This document shows, one piece after another, positions 41,898 to 55,617 of a DNA stretch of 64,000 bases. A program made the position numbers and the translations under genes. Origin of the DNA: Oikopleura dioica. Lineage: Eukaryota; Animalia; Chordata. The notes beneath the pieces are model-generated. The model worked only from the letters and a program-made list of their open reading frames with translations. It ran no database searches and was not told the DNA's origin. How positions within the stretch are numbered: the stretch's first letter is position 1; every line of letters starts with the position of its first letter. The DNA lies in contig OU015567.1 in NCBI GenBank assembly GCA_907165135.1, forward strand, positions 7,502,001 through 7,566,000, written 5' to 3'.

Positions 41898-42444
41898 TCA
41901 AGTTCAATCTAATTATCCCCTCCTCATCCCCTTCCTGTCCCATTTTTCTCACTACCATGAACATGTTCGATAAGTTTACAACTCACTAATTATAAAGAAA
42001 ACACCAACCATTTCACCCTCATTTTTACGATTCAGTCGATCAAAATCGGAATCGATAACAATCATCTCCTCCATTCCTCGATCCTCTATTCTCTTTTATG
42101 ATACCGCTTTTGCGTACTCTACCACTCTCTACTGACACTCGAGATAGGCTTTTTACGAAGCTTCGTTTTTTCTTTGTGATTCTACTATTTTCGCCAATGC
42201 GTGAGAAATTCGTTGACCAGTGCTTTAACTCAGCGCCCGCGGTCATGTGAAATTCTAGCTTTTTTTCAGAACCATTTTTTCACCACTACCCTTTTGTCTG
42301 ACAGAGAATTACCCAAAGAAATCAAGAGCGACTTGACATGTTAGTATACTTTTCACAAATAGATACAGTATTTTATCTCAGGAATATATTTTGATAACAC
42401 GACATTTAACATAAAGCAACATTTGTCAGTCCGACAAATTAAGA

Positions 42445-44721
42445 ATGTTGCGAGTACTTGTTGACCAAGCGTACAATCTATCGGAGCCAAGTCCGCCAAC
42501 CCTGTTCTGTCTCTTGGAATTCGACGGGATGCGACTGGCGACGAGCCACGTCCCGGTCAAAAATGGGAAGGTTAAGTTTAACGAAGAAGCCGAGTTTAAC
42601 ATCAAGAAGGCTGGCAATTTGAGGATTCAGCTTTGCTCAGTAGACTCCAAGCCTGGTCTTCTCAGTCTGGAGGTAAAACAACGCCCTAGAAACAGAACCA
42701 TCCTAGAATTACATGATTAATCATCCCATATCTCGTCTTAACCCGCCTTTTAGAAGGTCAAGTTCTTTATAAAGGTATCATTTACGATTTTCTGGTAACA
42801 ATTATTGTCAAAAACATGCATGATTAAAAGTTTGAACTCACGGAACTCAATTTATGTGGAATACTCACTTCATGATCTCATTTAAGGGATCCCCCCCTGA
42901 TTTCGCCAACTTTGACCTCTATCTACTTTTTTTTGAGCTTACATAGGAAGCTGATTTTGGGCGCATTAGAAAGCCCGCTTTGAAAGGAGCAAATTCTGGT
43001 AGAATCAGCTTGCCAGCATAACATTCGCTTATGCATTACAGGCCCCCAAAGTGATTAAAGTTGGCGAAAATGGCTATTTTTGACCATTTTCAAATCGTAT
43101 CTACTTTTTTGGGGCCTTTATATCACCAATATTTTTGCTTCTATAGATAGCTCAGAGCCTAAACTTAATATTCTGGTAGAACCAGCATAATTGGATGAGT
43201 GAAAAAAATTTTCCTAGTTGTAGAACTTTTTGGAGCCTTTTTTGGCATTTTTTTGGTGGTTAAATGCTCTCTAGCGCCAACAAATGGCCGAAGATTCTAG
43301 TGCGGATATCATATTCGTAATCAGCACATTCTAAGCTATCGATCAACCCCTTACTTGTCCTCTTTTGGTAACGATGAAAAATTGAAAAAAATTGCGATTT
43401 TCACGCTAAGTACAAATTTCATGCATTTTCCCAAACTTTGGAGGCCAAAATTTTTGGGATGCATTTATGTAGTGGGGTACTATAATATATCAAAATGATC
43501 CTCAGAACACGAGGAATCTAATGATAGGCGAAAATGAGCTGTGCCAAAGTTTTGAAAAATCGGGGGGTGATCCCTTAAAAACCAATTTCTTTGGACATTT
43601 TCTCACTACTTTTCAGGAGCATAAATTATTTGGCCGTACCAAAGTTCCCATCGCCTTTGACAAGGCAACAGAAACGGTTCAACCAGTGCGGGAGCTGGAA
43701 ATCAAGTCCAAATCTGGAAAGACACGCGCGGTGATGAACCTGCGGCTGACTATTCAAAAGAATCCGAACGCAGCAGTAGCCAAAGAAGAAGAAAGTAACA
43801 ACCCTTTTGTTTCAGCAGCTCCAGCAGAGAAATTCTCTAATCCACCAACGCCAACTGCGAGAAATCCTTTCAACAGGCCGAAGAGGGATGATTCGTTTAG
43901 GTCCTCGACGACTTCGGTCGATTCTCAGGAGCGTGGTTCACGATTATTTTTGTTGTTGAATTTGAAGTTGTTGTTCGAAGGCATTCAAACTGATTATCTC
44001 ATGGGGTCACCCCTAGGTCAGAAAGCAAACCTACGTTTTCGTTATTGCTTGTCTTTTCCAATCCTTTGTGTCATGGAACAGACACATTGGTTGATTTTAG
44101 ACAGCGTTAATGTCGATTAACAGTAATCTCCTCTTAATTCCACATGATATGTCATTGAAATATCTTATGGTGACCACAAGATCAGTCGACCTCTCAAAAT
44201 CCCTTCGAAACATCGGATAATTCAAGCACGAATCCATTCAAGGGCTCTAACCCAAACTTGGCTAGCTCAAAAAGATCCATGTTCGAAAAGCACAAGGACT
44301 TTTCCCAATCGCTCACATCTATCGACGGTATCCCCGAGCACTCGACGCCGAAGAAGCCGCCAGTAATCGAAGAAAAGCCAAAAGAAAGGACTCGCGATAA
44401 ACCGAGCAGAAACAAAAGCGTCCGGAACACGATTATTGGGAATATCGGCGACTGGGGATCAAGCTCAAAGAAGGAGGAAAAAACCGAAAAGAGGGAAGAT
44501 AGATCGAGCTCAAATAATCACCTAGTCGTGGAAAATGACAGACTCAAGTTTGAAAACAAAGAGTTAAAGTCCATCGTTAAGTCAAAGGTAATTTATTTGA
44601 CCTTGGAGCCCGAGGTTAATGAGACTGTTTTCAGGATAAAGAAATCGCCGAACTGAACGATTACATCGGCAAATTGTTAGTACGTGTAATGGAGCAAAGC
44701 CCCGACATCTTAAAAAGTTAA
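42445..44721 (+). CDS. Class I Rab11 family-interacting protein (C2 domain, four NPF motifs, FIP-RBD); RAB11FIP2-like
   Basis: N-terminal C2 domain; 21-nt microexon 42754-42774; NPF x4; C-terminal EIAELNDYIGKLLVRVMEQSPDILKS matches the Rab11-binding domain. Confidence 0.85.
42886..43574. mobile_element. 689-bp non-autonomous TTAA element with GGG...CCC ends (Kolobok-type) in a RAB11FIP intron
   Basis: TTAA at 42882-85 and 43575-78; termini GGGATCCCCCCCTGATTT / AAATCGGGGGGTGATCCC; internal repeated ttctggtagaa(t/c)cagc. Confidence 0.8.
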
Positions 44722-45227
44722 TCCACTGTATTCTTTCTTTTTTACTATTATTTGTTCATTCACCATTTCTTGCGCTCAATCCACTCAAAAATACTTTAAA
44801 CCCATGAATTCTCATAAATGAACATTCATTCAAAAAACTCATTTCGTTACAAATATTATTATCTTGAGATTTCTTTTTTTGCCTTTACAAAAAGCAGGAG
44901 ATAGATTAAAAATTTTGACAAGTCTGTTAAACAATTTATAAAAGTTTCCTCCGGTCTTGACAGAATTTGAAAATCAGAATCTTCTTTGAGCTTGTTAGAA
45001 ATCAATTTTGTAAATACTTCTGAATGGTAATATTCAATTCTCCCTTTATTCAAGTTTCAATCTACCGGACAGAATTCCGCCCCACCGTAAACTGACCGTT
45101 CTTCTTTACAACTTTCTTCTTCGAAAAAATAAACAAATGCTACATTTATTCGGAAAAAATCATTCTTGGCTGCGTATTTAAAAGATATCCTGATTCTTAT
45201 TCATCGCAGAGAAAAGGTTATTTTACT

Positions 45228-47108
45228 TTATTCATCGCCGTTGCATGTTAGCAGCTGCTCATTTTGCAATGCAGCTAGTTTTTCATTATGTGGATTGACT
45301 GGGCCAAGAATATGAGGATAATCTCGCATCAGTCTATCCCAGAATAGTTCTGCAAGAAGCACATGAGCTGTGTGACTCGGGTGGAAACCATCAGTCGTTT
45401 CAATTCCTTAATTTATCATCGCAAATGCACGAATAGAGCCTTTTTACCTTGCCATAGTTCTCCGCCATTTTTCTCGTGAATCTCAAAAGCCACGTCGAGA
45501 GGATAGTCCATGTAAATGAGTTCGAAATTGTTGAAATTATTTCGTTGGTCTTCAACCAAAATTTCAGCAGTAGCAGTTAGATTTTGGGCTCTCTCAGTTG
45601 TGAAATCTCGTCGAGACTGATCGGAAGACATCCAGCCGGTGCAGGGAGAAACTTCAAGGCATTCAATGTAGTTGTAGAAATCTTCGTAAGTTGCGTCTTG
45701 ATCGAGTTCCCCAAGAGGGTGCAGCCGATCAGCTTCAGATAGGTTTAACAATTGTTTTAACGAGTAAGAATAGTTTTTGGTTTAAACCCTTTGCTAGAAT
45801 TTCAAACAAAAGCTCTCCCTGAGCAAGGCCAGTCACCACAACTGCGCTTCCTTCGGGGAGAATCGTCTCCAAATAATTGAGGCTCTCCAACGTCTTCTCG
45901 TAAAATCTTTCCGGAGTGGTCATATATTCCTCCGTATTTATCTTCGTGTTGCAAACATCATTTCCGACAAGCGATAAGAACACTAGCATTGGTTTGTCCA
46001 GATGTTTTCTACCAAGACCAAAGATAGTCTTGTCCGCCATGCTCGACGATTTGCAGCCATTGTTGGCTTGATTAATGAAGTCGTTCAAATTGCAGCGATT
46101 TCGCTCAACAAGGCGAGAATAAATGGAATCAACGTACTTTCCGTCGACCCACGATTTGGGCCCCGTCTCCCAGCAATTTCCTTTGAATCCGGTTATCCAA
46201 GAAAGATGCGGCCAATCAAGCTCGTTCGCCAGCGCGATTTCAGCGTCTTTGAACGGCATCGATTCTTCGGTCCAAAGATGTGGCGTAAACCAAACTTCTG
46301 GGATCGAAAAATGGGCTCCAGCAGAGTCTCCAAGAACAGCGACGCCGATCGCTCCACTGTCAGCGCAATAAGTGTCTTCGATTGAGACATCGTTCTCCAT
46401 TCCAGATATTCCGTTGCAATTTGCATCGATGAATCTGTCACCTCTCACAGGAGGTTGCCCTGGGTAAATAGTGTCTTCTTGGTCGATGCAATCTTTTGCT
46501 CGCCACCAAAATCCTCTTGCACCGCCTGTTCGGAGGCCGAATAAATCGCCATCGTCGTCGATTGCCGGGACGTGTCTATCTAGTCTATCCACGATTTCTT
46601 CAAGCCAATCTTCAAAACCAAAAGAAGCAAATCCCTTGCAAATCGCAAAGTTTTCCGGTCCTTCCATGCAAAAATCATCCAGTCTCGACTTCATTTCCAT
46701 CAAGGATATTTTAATTTGATCAGTATTTGCTGGACAGCCATCGTTTTCTTTCTCAGGATAGAATGAGCAGTAACGGTGTCCCTCTGAAATGTAACACTCT
46801 CCCATACAGTAGCAAAGGCTATCAACAGTATTTCCGAGCTCGAATGCCTCCTGGAAGTACGCTCCTAAATCAGCAGAAAATTCCTGGCAAATAGGTTCCA
46901 ATCGCCCGAGTTTTTGGCAAAATTGAGACATGCCTACATCGTAGCGGATGTTGTTTGCCCGGGAGTACTTAGATTTTTTATAATGAATGTATCTTCATTG
47001 AAAAGATACCTGCTCTACCCACGTGCTAATGATCATGCAAGTATAGCAACCTGACCCTCCATTCTTGCTAGCGATCGCCGAAGCAAACAAAATCGGCAAC
47101 GCCTTCAT
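45228..47108 (-). CDS. AOAH: Acyloxyacyl hydrolase (saposin domain and GDSL lipase)
   Basis: Signal peptide, saposin-like CYTC...C, DANCNGISG, VLGDSAGAHFSIP, NELDWPHLSW, LVGNDVCN, CTGWM, EPVDGFHPS. Confidence 0.93.
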
Positions 47109-47290
47109 CTCTCTTATTGAGAAATTGAACTATTTTGCGCTTAAGAAGCTCAGTCAGAAAGAACAGCTGCATATTTCTCATGCAGTCATTCTATCTTCAA
47201 TATTTATTTTTAAAATGAACTGTGACAGACCTTAAATAGAAGTTTTAATTATCTTTCTTTCGTGAATCTCAAATCCGCAGTAACGGTTAA

Positions 47291-47537
47291 CGCCGGAACG
47301 CATATACGACCCATTTTTGGGTAATACGATTTAAAATCGTCGATTTTGCTCATTACAAAACCCATATTATATTTGATAAACGCATATAATATGACCACGG
47401 TCAAGTTATATTTTTGTAGCTTAGAGTCCGGTTATAATATATAAACCCGGATTTTTATTCTCTTTATGCCCAAATCGCGACAAAATCGGGTTAAAAAAAT
47501 TGTCAGAAATTGGCAAAAATGGCCATGCGTTCCGGGG
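47291..47537. mobile_element. 247-bp piggyBac-like MITE
   Basis: TTAA|CGCCGGAACGCAT ... ATGCGTTCCGGGG|TTAA: 13-bp TIR with one mismatch and C...G termini. Confidence 0.72.
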
Positions 47538-47861
47538 TTAAACTAACTCATTAACAGCATCTGTTTCAGTTTTATCTCTCCAGGAGAAAACTGATGAAAC
47601 CCCAAGCTATATGAAGCTATCTTCCTGTGATCATATAAAAGATTTTCTTAGGAATGCCTAATGGACGATTAATGATCGTGTTTACTTCTTCCTATGCGCT
47701 CCTATGGCAATGACTATGTCTTTTCCGAATAGTCGTAATCCTATCTTCGTCAAAGCAACTCTGACTTCATTTTGTCTCGAGTGAACTCTTCATGGTGGTG
47801 CTGTTGTATAAATTTCCGCTTTATAAAAGCAGCACACGAGGCAGCTAACTATCTAGTCGCG

Positions 47862-50800
47862 ATGAGAGAGCCGGAGATAACAACGTTGTTTTCGTTGTTG
47901 ATTTTCTGTATCAGGAAACTTTCAGAGACCTAGGAGATGCATTGAATTCCTATTTTTGTAATGAAAGATTTTCTTTTAATGTGTTAAAATCACATTATAA
48001 ATACCGTTAAGGCATTTACCGTATATACTTGGAATTAATTTGAGATCACAATTCAAACACTGCGCACATCCACTAATCCATTTATAGTTTGCCTGTGTTT
48101 CTAATTTCGATCACTTGAAAGGATATACAACTCAAATCATGAGATTAGGGTATTTCAGCAGCTTTCGTTCATGACCCGAAACGTTATTTTAATGATCACC
48201 ATTCAATGTCATCTTTCGCTCGAACTAACATTTATAGCTTTGATATCTTCGGTTACGACTTTCAATAGTCGCGAGCATTAGCTTAACCCCCGAGAATCCG
48301 AACTTAAATGTTGATGAAGGCAAAAAAGTTTCACCGCAATCGATTGTTCCTGTCAATACACAAGCTATCCAACCAACGGGTGTGGGCCCGACGGCCCGAC
48401 GATCTTTTCGCCGGTAAAATGCATGACCGACTGCAAAGGATTCACACGTGCGAAGAAGTTTGAAGCTGAAAAAATCTCGCAAATCGATGGAGTCACGACA
48501 TATGCTGTTTCATTCAAAGGGAAAACTCAGCCTCCACCTCAAAGCTCATACACTGGAATGCTTCGATTTCGAAGCGGATGCTCACAAAAAGCGCTCGAGT
48601 ATTTCTACTATTACAAAAAACTTGTGTTTATGAAACTCTCGGACCGGACACGAAATACCTACCAAATCGAGTTTGCGCTTCATCAAATTCCAAAGCAAGA
48701 AAAGCAAAAGGACAAAGAATCATATGTCGTTCAATTCTCAAGAAACTTTACTGAGGGAGAAAGTTTCAAAGCAAAAGGCGATGCTTTTATAATGATGGTA
48801 GGCCTTGATGACTGGATAATGCCGTATGTGAACGTAACTCACGATGAGATCGACGAATGCGTCGCAGGAGCGCAACTTTGGTATCTCCCTCAAGATATTG
48901 ACACCAGTGAAATTGACTACACAAAGTGCTTCCTGTCCAAACGCTACAACGAAAGAATTTTCTGGAAAGAATCGTGGGAACTTCCACCTAAGCGGATGCC
49001 TAAGACGAAATCATGCCCGAATCCAGTCCAACCAAGCAATGGTGAAGACAACGAAGAGGACTCTGAGACAACTAAAACTCGGCCGATGATTGCTGGTGGA
49101 CAAGAAAGTAAAAAAGGTCGATGGCCGTGGTTTGCATGGAGTCCTGGAGGAGAAGCTAACTATACTAACGATAACTTTGGACTCACGTAATCTGAGTATG
49201 TTTTTTACGCAACTAAGTGTTCCTTTTTAGAATCTTGACGAAGAACGAAGATGGGTCTGATGACTGGCTTCTAACAGATTATTATGCATGCCGTTACAAT
49301 CCTTCACAGCTTCTTATACATATCGGAGAGTGGAATCTTGAGGAAGAAGACGACTCAAAATTTCAGGTCTATTCAAAGCGAAAAGAATACATTGATTATG
49401 GCTGGTATGACCGATACTGCCTAGTCCGTGTTCCTAATTTAATTAATGCTGCGCCAAAAAGCTGTCTTGATAAAAATTGCTTCGAACCTGTTTGCCTGGG
49501 ATCAGAAGTTCCAAAAGAGTAAGTGCATTTTCAACTAATGTAATCAATAAAATTTTCCTAGTTACACAATCTGCTATTCTGCTGGCTTTGGTGCTGTTAA
49601 AAATATTGCTGAAGATGATGACTCATCTGACAGTTCTGACGATTCTTACAGCTACTACAGCTACTACAGCTGGTACTACGACAATTACTTCGAAGATTAC
49701 TATAATGCTCCTAAGCAAACATTCGTTCTGAAAGACTTTGCTGTTTACGTTGAAAATGGGTATTATCATGCGATTGACTTTGATAATGGAAAAGGGAACA
49801 GAGCTAGAAGAAGTCATACCGATAATGATATTGACGGCCCTGCTCATTGTGTCGGTGATGCGGGCTCTCCAATGATTTGTCTAGGTAATATAGGTTTTTT
49901 ATGCTTTATTAATACTAAATCTTCTAAGTTGATGATTACCCTGTTCTCACATCGATTGTTCGAGGAGACAGGTGGTGTCAGGAATTTCCAGAACGTATTC
50001 AAACGCTACCCGCTGACAAAATAATCGAATTTGTGAACAACCCACCAGAGATTTTTGTCTTTCCGAATGTAACATGGGAGGAACCGAAAGAAAATCTCAC
50101 TTCAGGACTTGTCTGTGACACTCCTCTCGACCCGATTCCAGCTGAGCCAGTTCGTCCACGAATCATTGATGGAAAACCAGCTCCGATCGAAGACTATCCT
50201 TTCATAGGTTGGGAAGATTTTTTTATCTATTTCTTACAATATATAATAGTTTGGCTTGGATTCTGTGGCGGTACCCTCATAACAATGAATGATGGTACTT
50301 CTAGTGACTACATTGTCTCAGCTGCTCATTGCTGCGAGGTCAGATATACCGTTTTTTCTTGTTCAAGAAATTTCTTAGCTCTATGAATATTATGATATTG
50401 ATATCCTCGAAAAAACCAACTCAACAACAGAGCGAACGACCACCACTACAAATAAACCATCCACTTCGAGCTGGACCACCACTACTGGCTGGGGATCAAC
50501 ATGGGGTCCGACAACAACAACAACTGGCTCTTCATCTTCTCCAAGACAAATTCTTCTTGGAACGAACGATATCTACGATCTTGGTGAATGCGGGATCAGT
50601 GTTGACGTGCAAGCGTACGCTATTCACCACGACTACGACTACAATTTCTACGACTACGACGAGTCGAAGTCAGAAGAGAAAGGAATACCAGCGGACATTT
50701 GTCTCATCAAAGTACCTAACATCAAAGCTGAAATCGCGAAGCAGCGTGGTAGTGATGCTTTGAATACATGCAAAAAAGCGATTTCTCCGGCTTGTCTTCC

Positions 50801-51272
50801 AGCAGAACATGTACCTGAAGGCTCTTACTGTAAACTTGCCGGTTGGGGAGACGTAAGCACAACTTTTTTCTTTACAAATAATTAAACCTTTAAAGGGAAA
50901 CTCGCCATCTTATCTTCTTCATGATATTGGGCTCTACACTTTTTCAAACGAATACTGCATGGGAACTCCCAATAATGATATCATACCAGTTGAAACCTTC
51001 GAAACACAGGTTCTAAAAATCTGTAGCACATGAAATTACTCCTCTAGTTTTGTGCGGGTCTTCCTGATTTTGACGGCGACGGTGACATCGATAAAGGCAA
51101 TAATGCATGCTACGGAGATTCTGGAGGCCCGTTGGTCTGCGAGGCTTATGGCAAACCGGTTCTTTACGGAGCCGTTTCATGGGGAGCTAGAGCCTGCAGC
51201 GACAAGAGTTACCCGGATGTCTATGCAAAGGTTTCTCATTTCACAGACTGGATTCTTGATCTTATTGAATAA
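47862..51272 (+). CDS. Secreted tandem S1 serine protease: dead protease-homology domain followed by an intact domain
   Basis: Domain 1: [21 protein letters not shown]. Domain 2: [43 protein letters not shown]. The putative signal exon at 47862 follows a TATA at ~47821; the 5' structure is less certain. Confidence 0.8.
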
Positions 51273-51411
51273 TAACCGTAGTCTCTGTCCAGATTTTACT
51301 ATTTAAAATTTCTTCCAATAAATTTCTTAAAAATAATCGAAAAAAAAAACTTTTATTTACATTGTAATTGCAGTGATAAGAAAAAGTGAAGCAGGAGTCG
51401 ATTATTTGAAG

Positions 51412-54319
51412 CTACCCCAAACTTCGGTCCCAGCCAGAGTTTTCCGTCGGCACAGGTTTGCCATCAACAGTTTTCTGTTCCAAACGAAGCTCATTCAAGC
51501 GTTTGCAATTTAGATCGCATTGAACTTCTCCGGGCTCGACTTTTATCTGATTAGGGATGAGAAAGGCACTCGAATACTCGAAACTCGAATAAATGATCAA
51601 AAACATTATTTCTCATCCCAAAAGCGGACCCGATATTCTCTGGTCTAAAACGGCATTCCAGTCGATTTCTTTGAACCATTTATGTTTTCGAATTCCGTCG
51701 ATTCCATTACTCTGGTACCCGAGACGACTTGTCGGAGATCTTTTACAGAGTGATTTTATCAACGATGTTCCTGCTTCGGAAATCTCGCGACGAATGCCCG
51801 TCTTAGAACATTGGAAAACGAAAGGTGCAAGGTCGATTCCGGAGACGATTCTGTCTTGAATTCCCTATAATCCCAGTTGAATATGTAGAGAGAAGGTACG
51901 TAGAGTACCTTGGCGGTAGAATCTCTGAAAGGAGTTGAGCAGCTCAACATCTCATAAATGACGACTCCAAGAGACCAATAATCAACAGCAATGTCATGAC
52001 CGTTGTTTAGAATGATTTCTGGGGCGATGTATTCAGGAGTGCCACAGAAGGTCCATGTTTTTTCTTCGACAATTTTGGCCATTCCGAAATCAACTAGAGA
52101 ATTAATCTATCATTTCCTCTTGATAAAGAATGATAATACCGAGGACTAAATGTCCATTTTCATGGTTGATCATCAAGTTTTCCGGCTTCAGATCTCTATG
52201 GCAAATATTTTTCAAATGAAGATATTCAAGAGCAAGCGTGATATCAGCAGCGTAGTATTTTCCGACGATTTCATCAAGAGGACCTCTTGCCACAAGGAGA
52301 TCGAAAAGCGAACCGCCCAGGTAAGCGTCTGTGAGAAAATATACAAAATGGAGATCTTTGAATGTGGTGTAAAGTTTGGAGATGAATTTGCAGTGGAGAG
52401 AGCTCAAAATGTCCTTAGAACACAGTTAGTTTTGAATGATCTGGTTGTCTTACTCTTTCTCGTAGAATGTATTTTTCTTGGTGATTCTTAACTATCGTAT
52501 ATTTTGGAATCATCTTCAGCGCTAAATGAATCGACTTGGTTTCAGGGGTCGATACAAGATGCACGGTTCCGTAACCTCCTTTGCCCAGGCGCTTTATGAC
52601 AACCATTTCTGCCAGCTTGAAGTGCGATGCAATTTGTTTGTTGTAAACATCGTTTACAATCGTCAACGAAAGAACTCGCTCACGAGCTGGTGAATTTGCT
52701 CGGTGGCGTTCGATTGAACCGATCAAATTCACAAAAAGAGCTTTTTAGTGGTTAAATACTGAAATCAACGAGGAGTACCCACACGAAATGAGGCACGATA
52801 AAACCATTTCCTTTGTTCAAAACATAACACGTGACGTCTGTTGCTGCCACAACGTCGGCGTTTCTGTTCGTGTTGGAGAGCAGTGAAATGTCTCCAAAGT
52901 ATTTGAACTGCTCCAGAGTCGCCAGATATTCGCCATTACTTTTAGAGGGCCTTTTCATTACTTTCTTCCCTTTCGAGTTAAATCCTCGCAGAGTGACTGT
53001 AAGATGCACCTGCAGTATCGAACCGGCATTTATGATGTGGCGGCGGATCAAACTGCCTTGTGGAGAGATGCCCTTTCCTGCTCACCTTGACGGAGCCAGA
53101 TTTGATCACATAAAAGGAGTGCCCGATGTCGCCCTGGCGGATGATCTGACTGCCTTCAGCGAAGAACTGCTCGCTTAGAATAATAAAACAGTGTTTGTTG
53201 ATCTTTCTTACCTCAAGCAAGCGGCCACTTTCTTCTGTTCCAACTTCGAAAACGTCTCAAAGTGGGTAATTTTGGAGACGTATTCGATCTTTTCTTGGAG
53301 ACTAGCTGTTCCTATCGTTGCCAGAACTCGCTTGAAGTCATGTCTCTAATATGGATTTTTATGAGCCTCCTGGACTTGAAGATTAAAGAAAGCAAAAACC
53401 ATAACTTGATGTACCAGACGGTCATTTTTGTCTTCGCTCTGACCGAAGCTGTTCTCGCGCAGTTGTAAAACACGGCAATTTCTCCAAAAAGATCTCCAGG
53501 TTTCAATACTTTTTCAGCTTGGCGGATTCCTCCTAGGCTTCCGAACATTTCCATCCCAATAGGCTTCAGAACAGCGGCGAGTCCCTCCTTGATGATGAAC
53601 ATTTCGTCCTTTTTCTTCGCGTTAGCATCGATAATCAGCGTATTCTCCTCGATCGTCTTTTCCTGGAATGCGTCGATCACAGCGTCCATCTGGGCCTTTG
53701 AGAGAGTTTCGTTAAATTTGAGAAGTTATAGAATCATATCCTGTTTGAGCACCTGATTCAGCTGAATTCGACCAACTCATAAATGTCATGGAACACTTGT
53801 TCCACGCAAATATGACAATATCGGCGTATATTTTGAAAGATCGGTTTGAACTTACTTTCGACAGTTTTTTCATGACAATGTCGTTTTTCAAGGCGAGACG
53901 TATTTGCACGATATCGCTTTCTGATTTATTGACAATATGGCGCGGAGATTCAATGGGACCTAAGATGTTAAATGTAAGTCATCGAAACCACCAGCTTCCG
54001 CCGCGCTACTGCAAAATCTGCGATATCAAGACGCAAACTACTGCGAGAATTTTTCACTAAAAAGTTTACCTGAGCCGCGTTCTCCGTAAATTGGGTTTCG
54101 GATTGTTTCATTTTGATCTCGATTCCCGGATTGAATAGCTTTCTTTATGGACAAGGCATTTCCATTCTTGAGTTCTTGGTTTTCGTCCTTTAGTTTTTTC
54201 ACACTCGACTCCAAGTTTTCGATTATTGTTTTGATGTTTTCCAGCGACGATTTTAGTTCTTTGCTTTTTTCAGGAAAGACCACCCCTAGTTTCTCTAAAA
54301 ACTCTTCCAGTACTTCCAT
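51412..54319 (-). CDS. cGMP-dependent protein kinase (PKG)
   Basis: N-terminal coiled coil, two cNMP domains ([16 protein letters not shown]; [16 protein letters not shown]), [33 protein letters not shown]-terminal NSGWD. Confidence 0.93.
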
Positions 54320-55617
54320 TCTGGACGCTGGAGATGGTTATCTTCCTTGATTTCAGCTCTGTTTTTCTTTTCTGTTATCTAAAAATTATAAAATTTTTAA
54401 CAGAAAGGACGATATTTTCCGGGCAGCACGCTATGCAAACAACGTTTGGATAGAGTTAGAATTTGCGAAGGCTAAATCAAATGTTGAACAAGGGGTCACG
54501 CACGAGTCACATTTTTCTTTCATTTCTCTTTTTTAAATTTCAATTTTGAACTTTCTCAACAAAATTTGCGCCTGATTTGACTATTTCTTTTCATTTATAC
54601 ACGGATCAATTGTTCTCTCGCCTTATGACAGTTCTCTCCGTCTCAGTTGATGATTCTCTGTTTAGTTCTCTTTTATTTTTATATTGTTAATTCTGAGACA
54701 CCGTTTTTGGGAATCTCTGGTTCAGATATAAAAGGAGATATTTTCGTACGATGACGTAGTTGAGCATCTGTGCATCAATTATGGAATAAATGACGAGGAT
54801 TTATTGCGTGCTTTTGCTCGTTACGACAAATTACTAATGTCATGATTTTTATTTTTTACAAAAAAAAAATATCAAAAAAGCCGTCAATTATCAAAAAGGT
54901 TCGTTTTTACCCAGATTCTCCCAGATTTTACCTCTATGTATATTTTCTTAATGATAGCTGAGTCCGAGTTCTCGTCATCTTAGTAATAATTTTTAATGAG
55001 ACGTCTCTCTTTTCAAGAAAGAGGATTAGAGACAGGTTGAAGGGAGGGGAATACTTTATGGACAGAATAATCTTGTTGCCCTGAGGTGAAACGAAACTAA
55101 ATGGCGGAGAGTCGGCAGATTCAATTCCGAAGACGTGAGATTTATTCAGACAGGGCATGATTTTAAATCACAAGGGTTTACAGTCAGGCTTGTAAATTGA
55201 GAGCTTGAAATTCGAGGAAAATTTCAAACTGGTCTTCAGAAGAGATGATAAACCTTTCGAGAAAGCCATTTTTTTATCATACTGCGGATATTTTATTTTT
55301 GTCCTTGAAAGTATTTCAACCACGTGTAAGTAAGTACCTGTAACTTAGAGCGGTAGGATTCACATCCGCCAAGACATTATAAATTGTCCAAAAATGCAAA
55401 AAAAAATCTTGCGCTGCCAAAGATTGACACGGAGATGGTTTAGCCAGTGTCAATTCTTGCAAGCATCAATCAAGACTGGCTCATTTGGCAGCTGATCTAT
55501 ACACGACAATTCAACTCTCAAGTCCTTTTTAAGACACTCGTTTAATTTACAATAGAAACGGCATTTTTTCTAAGAAGATTGTACAGTGCGTTATTTTGAC
55601 AGTAGATCCTTTCGTGT

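Noticed and set aside
42040-42246. 68-aa minus-strand ORF between BRCA2 and RAB11FIP
   Set aside because: No motif or splice support.
43521-43617. N-terminus of ORF 43521-44120
   Set aside because: This is read-through of the MITE end and intron. The real exon starts after the AG at ~43617.
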